The position numbers were made by a program, and so were the translations under genes. Below are positions 10,690-20,326 of a stretch of DNA of 64,000 nt, in pieces. Location: contig CAVVID010000018.1 of assembly GCA_963748185.1 (NCBI GenBank), positions 6,629 to 70,628 on the forward strand, given 5' to 3'. Source of the stretch: an uncultured Actinomycetota bacterium (GTDB taxonomy: Bacteria; Actinomycetota; Actinomycetes; Propionibacteriales; Nocardioidaceae). The notes beneath the pieces are model-generated. The model was not told where the DNA came from and did not search any database. It saw only the letters and a list, made by a program, of their open reading frames with translations. The first letter of the stretch is position 1; each line of letters opens with the position of its first letter.

Positions 10690-11159
10690 TGGTGAGCGGT
10701 CCTCAGGACACTGTGTCGTTCCGGCTGTGGCCGCCGGTCGCGGTCGGTTCGCCCCTGCTCCTCGGCTGGCTGGCCACCCTGAGCTTGGGTGACCCGGTCG
10801 ACCTCGGTGGCTGGCGGGTTCTGCTCGGCTGGGTGCTGTTGCTGTTGTTCGTCGGGTGGAACGGCTGGTCGCTGTGGTTGTTCCGCCGGCACCAGACCGG
10901 CCTGCTGCCGGGGCAGGCGACGAACGCGATGATCGAAGAGGGGCCCTACCGCCTGTCCCGCAACCCGTTGTACGTCGGCATGCTCGCGCTCTACCTCGGT
11001 CTGGCGTTGCTCGCCCCCACGGTGTGGGGGATCCTGCTGTTCCCGGCCGCGGTGCTGCTCGTCCTATTGGGCGCGATCCGGCCCGAGGAGCGATTCCTGC
11101 ACGAGCGGTTCGGTGCGCCGTACGACGACTACGCCCGGCGAGTGCGCCGCTGGCTGTGA
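10690..11159 (+). CDS. Isoprenylcysteine carboxylmethyltransferase (PEMT/Ste14) family protein
   Basis: GPYRLSRNPLYVG and EERFLHERFGAPYDDYARRVRRWL. Confidence 0.9.
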
Positions 11160-11220
11160 GCACTGAAGGAGGGCCTTCGTCCGGGCCCCCGTCCGCGCAG
11201 CCGGGCACCGCCATGCGGGC

Positions 11221-12131
11221 CTATTCGCGCAGACCCTTGTCAATCTCCGTCAGGGCCTGGGCGAGCTCGACGCCGGGAGTCCAGCCCCACTTGTGGGCGC
11301 GACCTACCAGGAACTGTCCGGTCCAGGCGGGACCGTCGTCCCAGTGCGGCTCGATGCCGAGCGCGCTGGTGACCGTCTCGTAGTAGTCCCGCTGCTCTGC
11401 CGGCTCTCCCGCGAGGTTGACCGCGGTGCATCCGCCTTCCGTGGGTCCCTCCTCGGGATCTCTCGACGTCGGTACCACGCCCGTCGCCACGTCAGCCACG
11501 AACTCGGCCAGGTCGTCGACATGAACCCAGGGAAACGTCTGCTCTGGTACGGCGTGCCGGGCGTTCTCGTCCTCGCGGATGGCGGCGGGCCGGAGGGTGT
11601 TCCACACTGAGGTCTCCCCGGCGCCCGAGGATCGCCGGTGGACGCACGAGGACTCGGGTGATCCCCTCGACCTGCGCCAGGGCAGCGTCGGTGTCCCGCT
11701 TGGTCGCGGCGTAGTCGTTGGCGTCCTCGCCGACCAGAGGTGAGGACTCATCTACGTCACCCGCCGAGGGCGAACGGTCGTAGACGGCAGCGGTCGAGAT
11801 GTGCACCAGCCGCTCGAGGCCGGCATCGCGCGCAGCCTGCGCGATCACCGGCGTGCCCTCGACCCCAATCCGGTGCTGGGTCTCCCGGTCCGAGCCCATC
11901 GGGTGGACGGTCGTGACGAGGGCGCTGGCGCCGGCGACCGCGGGGACCCGCGAAGTCAGGGTCGTGGAACTCGCCGACGTGCTCCTCCACGCCCGGGATA
12001 TCAGGCCCGGTTCCGGCGCGGCGTACGACGGCACGCACGGTCGCGCCTCGACCGGCCAGGACCTCGCAGATCCGTGACCCGACGAGACCGTTCGCGCCGG
12101 TGACGACAACAACAGGCTTCGGTTCGTTCAT
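11221..12131 (-). CDS. NAD-dependent epimerase/dehydratase (frameshifts near 11950 and 11622)
   Basis: VVVTGANGLVGS Rossmann motif, HISTAAVY, YAATK, LVRPPAILG, WVHVDDLA. Confidence 0.85.
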
Positions 12132-12336
12132 GAAGCCAACCTTGGCACGGTCGCGGTAGCCACGAACCGCAGCCGCCTCCCTGACCAGCACGTCGACGAC
12201 CGCTCCGCTACCGGCAGCATCCGGATCTGCCGAGATCCGGTCAAGACCGGGACGGGAGTTCCTCGGACGTGTGGACAAGCGATCCCCCCAAGAGCACAAT
12301 TGAAGGCGCGCGGGACCGAAGCGCTGGAGGTGCGTC

Positions 12337-12845
12337 GTGGATGGACGCGAGCACATCATCGTGTGTGGCATTGACGGCTCGCCAGCCGGCCAGCGGGCGC
12401 TGGAGTGGGCCATGGACGAGGCGATCCGCCGCAACTGCAAGTTGCGAGTGGTCACCGCGTTTACCTGGGACTTGGGGGAGGCAGTTGGAGGGCCGAGCAG
12501 CTCAGCGGCCGCGCAGCGTGAGGCGAAGCAGATCCAGGACATCGCCGTCTCCGGGGTGCTCACGGACACGGACAATCCGCCTGAAGTGGAGAAGGTGCTG
12601 GTGCGCGGCGCCGCGAGCGAGAGCTGTGCAGGTCGGCCCTGGACGCGGAGCTGATCGTGCTCGGCAGCCACGGACACGGCGCCGTGCACGACCAGCTTGT
12701 CGGTTCCACGAGCATGCGAGCGATTCATCACGCCTCCTGCCCGGTCGTGATCCTGCCCGACCCGCGCCACGCGGAGCGGGCATTCAAACGCGTCAAAGAC
12801 AAGCGTCGAGGAGTCGAGCCGCCCCATCCGGGTCCCATGTTCTGA
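12337..12845 (+). CDS. Universal stress protein (frameshift near 12625)
   Basis: IVCGIDGSPAGQRALEWA and LIVLGSHGHG...LVGSTS...HASCPVVI. Confidence 0.88.
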
Positions 12846-12997
12846 TACGGCTCCCTTCCCTCCGCCGGGTCCCGATCGAGGCCTGAGCCCTTTGGCGTCT
12901 GAACTTTCCAGGGTGGAGACGAGGAGGTCGAACGGTGAGGTAGGCGAGTGCCTCCGACTAACAGGATGAAGCCACGCGGCCTCGTTACGAACGTCCG

Positions 12998-13183
12998 GAT
13001 CTAATGGCTTCCATCAAGCCGGCTTGGCAGGCTTGGTTCCGGTAGCGGCCGGCGGGTCAGTACTCTTCGGATCTGACTTTCTAGGTCTTGCGGCAGACCG
13101 TGCGCCTGCTGGTCGTGAGGAGGCTAAACCGCTGCTGGGATGTTGTGCCTCCGAGGTTGTGGTGAGCACTTGACCATTAGATC
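12998..13183 (+). ncRNA. Candidate IS110 bridge RNA / structured non-coding left end
   Basis: Non-coding stretch directly upstream of an IS110 recombinase, closed by a 10-bp inverted repeat GATCTAATGG (12998-13007) / CCATTAGATC (13174-13183), with internal hairpins (CAAGCCGGCTTG; GTCAG...CTGAC). Confidence 0.5.
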
Positions 13184-13247
13184 GCTGGCTGTCTCTTCCA
13201 CGCTGCCGACGGGTCTGAAGGGTGCAGACCCGGGACAGGAAGAGCTG

Positions 13248-13650
13248 ATGCTGTTCGTGGGAGATGACTGGGCAGAGGGCCATCACGACATCGAAAATCG
13301 TCGACGACCACGGGAAGATGCTGGCCCGCAAACGGTTGCCCGAGGGGCTCGAGGGAGTCACCCGGCTGCACTCGCTGCTCGCGGCGCAGATGCCTGATGA
13401 CTGGGTAGATCGCGACCCCGATCAGGTCGTTGAACTGGTGAAGGTCGGCATCGAAACCGACCGCGGCTCCTGGGTCGCTGCCCTGGTCGCGGCGGGCTAT
13501 GAGGTGTTCGCGGTCAACCCGCTCTCGGTGGCCCGCTATCGCGAGCGGCACTCCACCTCGGGAGCCAAGTCTGATGCTGCTGATGCGCACCTGTTGGCGG
13601 AGATGGTCCGCCTCGACCGTGCTCACCATCGACCGGTCGCGGAGGCCCTG
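13248..13650 (+). mobile_element. IS110-family transposase, truncated after the DEDD RuvC-like domain
   Basis: MLFVGDDWAEGHHDIE/IVDDHG...VGIETDRGSWVAALVAAGYEVFAVNP...RYRERHSTSGAKSDAADAHLLAEMVRLDRAHHRPVA; frameshift at ~13294; similarity lost after ~13645, no C-terminal Tnp domain. Confidence 0.9.
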
Positions 13651-13875
13651 GACCATCGCAATCGCCCGCGACGCGAGGCACAGGAACGCCGCCGCGATCC
13701 GGGTGGGCGATGACACCCCCGAGGCGTTCATCGGGTAGCGGACTCCGTGCGGCTGGCCGCGCGTCACTCGGCCGCGATCTGAAGCCTCACACAACCACCT
13801 GTGGTCGTTCGTGCGGCCAAGGGTCGAACACAGCGAACGAGTGACCTCGCCGCATTCTTGTGGCACCGTGTTGAG

Positions 13876-14070
13876 ATGCCCCAGTATCGAGCGTTCGACC
13901 AGACGGGCAATCTCATCGGCTGAGAGGAGATCTCGGACTCCGACACCGCCGTGGCGTGGGCCATCGCCAACGTCCACCAAGGCGCAGCGCTGTTCGAGAG
14001 GAAGAGTGGCGACGAATGGGTCTGCTTCTTCGAGTACCACAACGGGCAGTTGGCCAGCAAGAAGAAGTAA
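13876..14070 (+). pseudogene. Small (64 aa) hypothetical protein with an in-frame TGA at codon 16
   Basis: Own translation MPQYRAFDQTGNLIG*EEISDSDTAVAWAIANVHQGAALFERKSGDEWVCFFEYHNGQLASKKK*; protein-like composition on both sides of the stop. Confidence 0.45.
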
Positions 14071-14121
14071 CCACGTTGTCGGTGCAGACGAGACAGCCGC
14101 AGCTGATGGGAGGCTGACACC

Positions 14122-14685
14122 GTGGCGAAGCTGACCTACATGATGAACGCGAGCCTGGACGGCTACATCGCCGCGCGAGGTGACGACATCAGCTGGGGCG
14201 TGCCCAGTACCGAACTGCACCAGTGGTACAACGACCGAGCCCGCGAGCTCGGTGTCTCGCTGTACGGCCGCAAGCTGTGGGAGCTCATGAACGCGCACTG
14301 GCCGACCGCCGACCAGCAGCCGGACACGCCACCCGTGGAGGTCGAGTTCGCCCGCATCTGGCAGAAGACGCCGAAGGTGGTGTTCTCCACGACCCTCGAC
14401 GAGGTCAGCGGGAACGCGCGCCTGGTCACGGGTGACGCCGTGGCCGAGATAACCCGGCTCAAGGCCGGGGACGGCGCCCCGATGGAAATCGGCGGCGCCA
14501 CACTCGCGGGCGCAGCGATGCGCGCCGGCTTGATCGACGAGTACCAGGTGGTCACGCACCCGGTGCTGGTCGGCGGTGGCAAGCCGTTCTTTTCGCCGCT
14601 GGACAACTGGGTGAACCTGCGCCTGGTGGAGACGAGAACGTTCCCGGACGGCGTGACCCTGGCGCACTACGAATCCAGGCGCTGA
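14122..14685 (+). CDS. Dihydrofolate reductase/RibD C-terminal domain protein
   Basis: SLDGYIA, LYGRKLWE, PKVVFSTTL, GGATLA, LIDEY...HPVLVGGGKPFF. Confidence 0.9.
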   Translation: MAKLTYMMNASLDGYIAARGDDISWGVPSTELHQWYNDRARELGVSLYGRKLWELMNAHWPTADQQPDTPPVEVEFARIWQKTPKVVFSTTLDEVSGNARLVTGDAVAEITRLKAGDGAPMEIGGATLAGAAMRAGLIDEYQVVTHPVLVGGGKPFFSPLDNWVNLRLVETRTFPDGVTLAHYESRR

Positions 14686-14823
14686 CCCTCGTCGGGGGAC
14701 TGTTCTCCGCCGGTCGCACTCAGCTGCGCGATCACGCGGATAACCCGGCGCGCCATGCCTGGCAGGGGTGCCAAGATGCGCGCGCGATGCCCGAACCGGG
14801 GACGACCAGTTCGGGAACGGAGC

Positions 14824-15192
14824 TCATTCGCCCGGCGCTACCTGGAAGGCCCGTACCTCGATCCGGCCCCCAAGGGCCTTCGACGCGCGGGCAGCCCAGC
14901 CGAGTGCGGCGTCCTCGTCAGCGACGTCGATCACCCAGAACCCTCCGAGGTACTCGGGAGCCTCGACGAAGGGGCCGTCGACGGTGTTCAGCGAATCGCC
15001 GGTGTTGTCGACGGTCTTCGCGCTCGAGGGCGGCATCAACCCGCCCGCGAATACGAAGGCACCTGTCGACGTCAACTCCTCGATTATCGCGCCGGTGGCA
15101 GCCATGGCCGCCTCGAGCTCGGCCGGGTCCATGGTCTCCATGGTCGGCTCCTCGTCGGAGTCGTGCGGGACGGACAGTAGGTATTGGCTCAT
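14824..15192 (-). CDS. YciI/DGPF family protein
   Basis: DGPFVEAPEYLGGFWVIDV...IEVRAF. Confidence 0.9.
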   Translation of the reverse strand: MSQYLLSVPHDSDEEPTMETMDPAELEAAMAATGAIIEELTSTGAFVFAGGLMPPSSAKTVDNTGDSLNTVDGPFVEAPEYLGGFWVIDVADEDAALGWAARASKALGGRIEVRAFQVAPGE

Positions 15193-15251
15193 GCCTGGTA
15201 CGACCTTCCTCGGTGCTGGAACTCATCGTTGGGGTGCATGCGTATGTCGAG

Positions 15252-15896
15252 TCAGTTGACGATCGCGGTCAGGTAGTAGCCGTCGACCTTCGGCGTCCCT
15301 CCGTAGCCGTCCGGCAGATACGGGACCGGCCCGGTGATCTCGAGCGGCGTCCACACACCTTCGTCTCGCAGCCGGTCGACCACGGCCTGGCAGCTGCGGG
15401 TGTCCCAGAGGTCCTCGCGCTGCGTCGCGACGACGAGTCCTCCGGGGCGGGGCACTCTGGCGAACTCTCGCCACACGCCCTCGACCTCCGGGAGGTAGGT
15501 CATCACCCCGACACAGACCAACGCGTCGACGCTTTCATCGTCGAAGGGGAGGCGCTTCTGGAGGTCTGCGCGCTGGACCGAGTCATACGCGCCGCCCTCC
15601 TGAGCAATCTCGAGGGACGCCTGCGAGATGTCCAGGCCCAGGATCTGTCCGGCGAATCCTCGTGCACGAAGCTCCCGGCCGACGAGTCCGGTGCCGCATC
15701 CGACGTCGAGCACCGAGCCCGCATCGGGCTGGCGTGACATGACGATCTCCGCCACCACCGCAGGCGCTTGGTAGGACCACGACAGCAAGTCTTCGTCGTA
15801 GCCCTTTGCCCACGCGTCGTACCGGTCGGCGACCTCTCCAGGATCGCTCGTGCCCTGGTGCAACCAGTCGCCACTCGGAACAGCGTCGGGAACCAT
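15252..15896 (-). CDS. Class I SAM-dependent methyltransferase
   Basis: YDAWAKGYD, VLDVGCGTGLVG, GLDISQASL, RPGGLV. Confidence 0.9.
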   Translation of the reverse strand: MVPDAVPSGDWLHQGTSDPGEVADRYDAWAKGYDEDLLSWSYQAPAVVAEIVMSRQPDAGSVLDVGCGTGLVGRELRARGFAGQILGLDISQASLEIAQEGGAYDSVQRADLQKRLPFDDESVDALVCVGVMTYLPEVEGVWREFARVPRPGGLVVATQREDLWDTRSCQAVVDRLRDEGVWTPLEITGPVPYLPDGYGGTPKVDGYYLTAIVN

Positions 15897-16022
15897 CGCG
15901 CCAGCGTCTCATGCAACAGCTTCGTTGTGCGGCCCAAGAACGCGTGGTCGCTGCTGAGGTCAATGGAAGGTGACTGCGGTTGGGCGGACGCGGGTAACTG
16001 CGCAACTAGGTATGCGGTCAGA

Positions 16023-16980
16023 ATGCTCCGCGTGGCGTCGACGAATGCGGGGGAGGGGACTGGAAGGCCGGGTTGGTCCGGCCTCATCCTTCTCTGCGCG
16101 GCAGGGGTCGTCTGGGGCACGATCGGTCCGGCCGTCGACGTCGTGCACGACCGGTCTTCCCTGTCGGTGCTCACCATCGGGGCTTACCGCGCAGTGGCGG
16201 CGGTTGCCGTGCTGGCGATGGCAGCGACGGTCGCGCGCTTGTGGGCCAGGTGCCTGGCGCTCCTCCGGCAGCACGGTTTGAGAGTCGTGCTGACAGGTGT
16301 CATGACTGCTGCGTTCCAGATGCTCTTCTTCGCGGCGGTGGTGGTGTCTGGGGTGAGCGTGACAACCGTGGTGGCCCTCGGGTTCGCTCCCGTCCTGCTC
16401 CTCGTGGTCGCGAGCGCGCGAGGCAGGCGTCTTCCGGCCCTGTCCGAGGTCGTTGATGGTGGGAACCGCTCTGCTCGGACTGCTCCTGGTCAGCACCACC
16501 GGTGGCGCCGATGCAAACGCGACGCACTCTGGATGGGGTCTGTTGGCGGCGCTGGGTTCCGGTGGGGCGTACGCGCTGTCCACCGAGGTGGGAGGCTCAT
16601 TGACCCGCGCGCACGACGCGCTCGTCGTGACCACGTGCACCACCCTGGTCGTCGCGGCCGTGCTGGTGCCGGGCGGTCTGGGGCTAGCACTGCTCCAAGG
16701 GCAGTCCATGACGACGACGGACGCCGGCTCCTGGGTCCTCATCGTCTACCTCGGCGTGGTCACCATGGCGTTCGCCTACTTCCTGCTGTACGCCGGGCTG
16801 CGCAGCACCCCGAGCGGCACCGCGGTGGTGGCCACCCTCCTGGAACCAGTCACCGCGGTCCTCATCGCGGTGCTCTTTCTCGACGAGACCCTGTCGGTGG
16901 CCGGCGGGCTCGGCTGCCTACTCATCCTGGGCGCCATCGGCGGTCTGGGACGTCGGATGGAGCAGCCGCAGGTGCAGTGA
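16023..16980 (+). CDS. EamA/DMT family transporter (frameshift near 16452)
   Basis: WGTIGP, two EamA halves, TLLEPVTAVLIAVLFLDETL. Confidence 0.85.
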
Positions 16981-17091
16981 ACTCGAGTGGCAGCATCACC
17001 CTCTTGCTCGGGTGCAGACTGACGCGCATGTTGGAGACGCAAGCTCTGGCGTTGCGCAACTGCTCGCAACGGTTGTGGGACGGGAGATGAG

Positions 17092-17652
17092 ATGTGGAAC
17101 CTGGCGAGAACCTTGGGCTTCGATCGTGTGGCGCCGACACGGGAGGAAGTACTCGCATCGATGCCGGGCGACGACCTCGTCCCGCAAGCGCAGGTGGTGA
17201 TGGATCGCGCGTTCGAGGTAAGTGCCTCGCCGGACGTGGTTTGGCCTTGGCTCGTCCAGCTGGGCAAGAAACGCGCGGGCTGGTACCTCCCCGAGCGTGC
17301 GGAACGCTTCATCCCTCGCAGCCGGCGCGCTATTCGGCGTACTGACCCACGATGGCTCGACCTGGCACCCGGCGACGTGATCCCCGACTACGGCGGTCGC
17401 CATGCGACGTTCACGGTTGACGAGATGATCCAAGACTCAGTCCTCGTCTACACCTCGCGCCGCGGGCGGACGGACGTCAGCTGGTCGATACGGCTGAGGC
17501 CGGTCGAGGAAGGTGCCACGCGGGTTCAGCTGCGCCTGCGCCTGGGACCTGTTCGGCACAAGCGGCTCGCCGACACCGTCGGTGGGTTCTTCGACTTGCT
17601 CACCATTGCCGGCATGGCCGCCGGACTCGAAGAACGAGCTGGGGTGCGGTGA
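17092..17652 (+). CDS. SRPBCC-like hypothetical protein
   Basis: MPGDDLVP...ASPDVVWPWLVQLGKKRAGWY. Confidence 0.75.
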   Translation: MWNLARTLGFDRVAPTREEVLASMPGDDLVPQAQVVMDRAFEVSASPDVVWPWLVQLGKKRAGWYLPERAERFIPRSRRAIRRTDPRWLDLAPGDVIPDYGGRHATFTVDEMIQDSVLVYTSRRGRTDVSWSIRLRPVEEGATRVQLRLRLGPVRHKRLADTVGGFFDLLTIAGMAAGLEERAGVR

Positions 17653-17713
17653 ACGCCCCGGATGCTCAGTTCGGGTGAGCGCTGGACCGAGGTGAGACGC
17701 ATAGGGTGAAGCG

Positions 17714-18157
17714 GTGACTTCGCCTGTGCAATGGACACTCACCTTCGATTGCCACGACGCGGGTCGGGTGGCCGCGTTCTGGGCAGTAGCGCTCGGGTAC
17801 GTCGAAGCACCGCCACCGACCGGGTGGGCAACGTGGGAAGAGTGGCTGCGCCACCATGACGTACCTGAGGAGGAGTGGGACGACGGAGCGGCACTCGTCG
17901 ACCCCAGTGGTCTGCAGCCCCGCATCTCCTTCTTGCGGGTGCCCGAACCGAAGCAGGTCAAGAACCGCATCCACGTCGACCTACAGGTCTCCGGCGGGCG
18001 CCACATCGAGCAGTCGGAGCGGGAACGTGCGATCCGTGCCACCGTCGAAAGACTGGTCGCAGCAGGCGGGGAAGTGCTGTTCGAAGCACCTGAAGCTGGG
18101 CCGCTCGATCACGTGGTGATGTGTGATCCAGAGGGCGCCGAGTTCTGCGTGGTCTGA
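17714..18157 (+). CDS. VOC/glyoxalase family protein
   Basis: TFDCHDAGRVAAFWAVALG, FLRVPEPKQVKNRIHVDL, DPEGAEFCV. Confidence 0.9.
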   Translation: MTSPVQWTLTFDCHDAGRVAAFWAVALGYVEAPPPTGWATWEEWLRHHDVPEEEWDDGAALVDPSGLQPRISFLRVPEPKQVKNRIHVDLQVSGGRHIEQSERERAIRATVERLVAAGGEVLFEAPEAGPLDHVVMCDPEGAEFCVV

Positions 18158-18200
18158 TCGCGCCGCTGGCGCATGACGCGCCCGCACGCTCACCCAGCAG

Positions 18201-18956
18201 TCAGTGCTCAATCCCTGCGTTCGCCAGGTTCGCTTGGTGCGGGCCAGCGAGCCACTCCTGCTCCAGTCGCGCGTCGACGGGCTCCATTCCGCGCCGCAAC
18301 GCGTCGATGTAGGCACGATCGGCAGCCAGGCGGGCCGCCACCTCGGAACCCTCGGCAACTGCGCCGTGACCGGGGACCACAACGCCGACGTGCTCGGCGG
18401 CTTGGCCCAGTCGGTCGAGTGCCGTTTCGTAGGCGGCAACCTGATCGGGGCGACGAGGGTCGAGCATCGGGATCAGGACGTCGGAGAGCATGTCGCCGGC
18501 GAGCAGGACGCCACGGTCGGCAAGGAGAACGGCGGCGTGCCCGATTGCGTGCGCCTCATGTTCGACGATCTCGCCCGGGACTGGTCCACCGTCTGCGGGT
18601 AGCGAGGTGAGCAGCCCGATCAGCTCGAGCGGGATGCCCGACGCGCTCTGCGCCGCCATCGCCTGCGCCCTGTCCCGGACGCCACCTACTGCATCAGCAT
18701 TGGCTGTGGTGGCGTAGCGAGGGACGTCGCCGAACCGGGAATGCCACAGCAGATGGTCCCAGTGGAGGTGCGTCGAGAACCCGGCGACCACTGGAATGCC
18801 GAGCCGGTCCACGTCATCGGCGAGCTCGGTCAGATCAGCGCCGTCGATGCCGGGGTCGACCAGGATCAAGCCTTCGTCCCCGAGCACCGCGATCGCGTTG
18901 CTCCAGACCCACTCGCTCTGTCGGACCCACACGCCGTCGGCCACTCGATTCAGCAC
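18201..18956 (-). CDS. MBL-fold metallo-hydrolase
   Basis: LVDPG, THLHWDHLLW, HAIGH, AGDMLSD, VPGHG. Confidence 0.88.
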   Translation of the reverse strand: MLNRVADGVWVRQSEWVWSNAIAVLGDEGLILVDPGIDGADLTELADDVDRLGIPVVAGFSTHLHWDHLLWHSRFGDVPRYATTANADAVGGVRDRAQAMAAQSASGIPLELIGLLTSLPADGGPVPGEIVEHEAHAIGHAAVLLADRGVLLAGDMLSDVLIPMLDPRRPDQVAAYETALDRLGQAAEHVGVVVPGHGAVAEGSEVAARLAADRAYIDALRRGMEPVDARLEQEWLAGPHQANLANAGIEH

Positions 18957-19082
18957 CGGATGATGCTGTCAGGCACCTCCACCCCGGCGCAATCACACTC
19001 CCAGTGGTCCGGCGCTCCAGCGGAGCCTGGGGACCGGGGGATCGATTCGGGTGCCACGTGTGGTCGCTTTGCGTGGCCTGAG

Positions 19083-19199
19083 AGTGAACGTTCACATTTG
19101 CCGGTGCACGCCTGGAAACGGTTTGTAGACAACTGTGCGCGGAGGCTTGACTTCCCTGAATGTTAGCGTTCACACTCGGGCCTTGTGACACCAGTCACA
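19083..19199. promoter_or_regulatory. Arabinose locus control region: two LacI(AraR)-type operators and a CRP/GlxR-type box
   Basis: GTGAACGTTCAC perfect palindrome (19084-19095); TGTTAGCGTTCACA (19161-19174); TGTGA-CACCAG-TCACA (19184-19199); TTGACT at 19147-19152. Confidence 0.72.
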
Positions 19200-19235
19200 C
19201 CCGGGCAGGAGCCCGACGAACCGAGAGGAAGCACA

Positions 19236-20231
19236 GTGCTGAAGAAGAGTTTGATCGCCGCTTGCGCGATCACCCTGGGCTCGTTCTCGCTCACCGCTTG
19301 CGGCAGCTCCGGCTCCGACGGCAGTGGCGGCGGTGGCGACGACAAGATCACGATGGGCTTCGCGCAGGTCGGCGCCGAGAGCGGCTGGCGTACGGCGAAC
19401 ACCAAGTCCATCAAGGAGTCGGCGAAGTCAGAGGGTGTCGAGCTGAAGTTCTCCGACGCCCAGCAGAAGCAGGAGAACCAGATCAAGGCGATCCGCTCCT
19501 ACATCCAGCAGAAGGTGGACGTGATCGCGTTCAGCCCCGTCGTCGAGACCGGCTGGGACGGCGTCCTGGCCGAGGCCAAGCGCGCGAACATCCCCGTGAT
19601 CCTCACTGACCGTTCCGTCGACTCCAAGGACACCTCGCTCTACGAGACATTCCTGGGGTCGGACTTCGTCGAGGAGGGCGAGAAGTCCGGCAAGTGGCTG
19701 GTCGAGAACGCCGCCGACGCCGATGGCAACGGCGACGGAAAGATCAACGTCGTCCAGCTGGAGGGCACCACGGGCGCGGCTCCGGCCATCGACCGTGGCG
19801 AGGGCTTCGCGAAGGAGATCAAGGCCGACCCGAAGATCAAGGTCGTCGCCTCGCAGACGGGTGACTTCACCCGTGACGGCGGCAAGAAGGTGATGGAGTC
19901 GTTCCTGAAGTCGCAGAAGGACATCGACGTCGTCTTCGCCCACAACGACGACATGGGTCTCGGTGCCATCGAGGCGATCAAGGCGGACGGCAAGAAGCCT
20001 GGCACCGACATCAAGATCATCACCGTCGACGCGGTCAAGGACGGCATGACCGCGCTGTCGAAGGGCGAGATCAACTACATCGTCGAGTGCAACCCGCTGC
20101 TCGGTCCGCAGCTGATGGACCTGGCCGAGAAGGTCGTCGCGGGTGATGAGGTGCCCAAGCGGGTCGTCACCAAGGAGTCCGCGTTCAACCAGGAGCAGGC
20201 TACCGAGGTCCTGGCAGAGCGCGAATACTGA
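19236..20231 (+). CDS. ytfQ: Sugar ABC transporter substrate-binding lipoprotein (YtfQ-like, arabinose/galactofuranose)
   Basis: Lipobox LTAC; GFAQVGAESGWRTANT, DAQQKQENQIKAIRS, HNDDM, VECNPLLGP. Confidence 0.9.
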   Translation: MLKKSLIAACAITLGSFSLTACGSSGSDGSGGGGDDKITMGFAQVGAESGWRTANTKSIKESAKSEGVELKFSDAQQKQENQIKAIRSYIQQKVDVIAFSPVVETGWDGVLAEAKRANIPVILTDRSVDSKDTSLYETFLGSDFVEEGEKSGKWLVENAADADGNGDGKINVVQLEGTTGAAPAIDRGEGFAKEIKADPKIKVVASQTGDFTRDGGKKVMESFLKSQKDIDVVFAHNDDMGLGAIEAIKADGKKPGTDIKIITVDAVKDGMTALSKGEINYIVECNPLLGPQLMDLAEKVVAGDEVPKRVVTKESAFNQEQATEVLAEREY

Positions 20232-20249
20232 GAAGGGCAGCACCAAGCA

Positions 20250-20294
20250 GGCTCGCTGGGCCCGCCCCGGAGACGGCGGCGGGCCCAGCGAGCC
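20250..20294 (+). terminator. GC-rich stem-loop after the binding-protein gene (mRNA stabiliser/attenuator)
   Basis: GGCTCGCTGGGCCCGCC (20250-20266) pairs perfectly with GGCGGGCCCAGCGAGCC (20278-20294). Confidence 0.7.
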
Positions 20295-20326
20295 CACCCC
20301 GCGGTGGCACCAGGAGCGAGGAGAGA

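Noticed and set aside
13921-13923. In-frame TGA as selenocysteine or readthrough
   Set aside because: No redox-motif context and no convincing SECIS hairpin; a nonsense mutation or base error is more likely.
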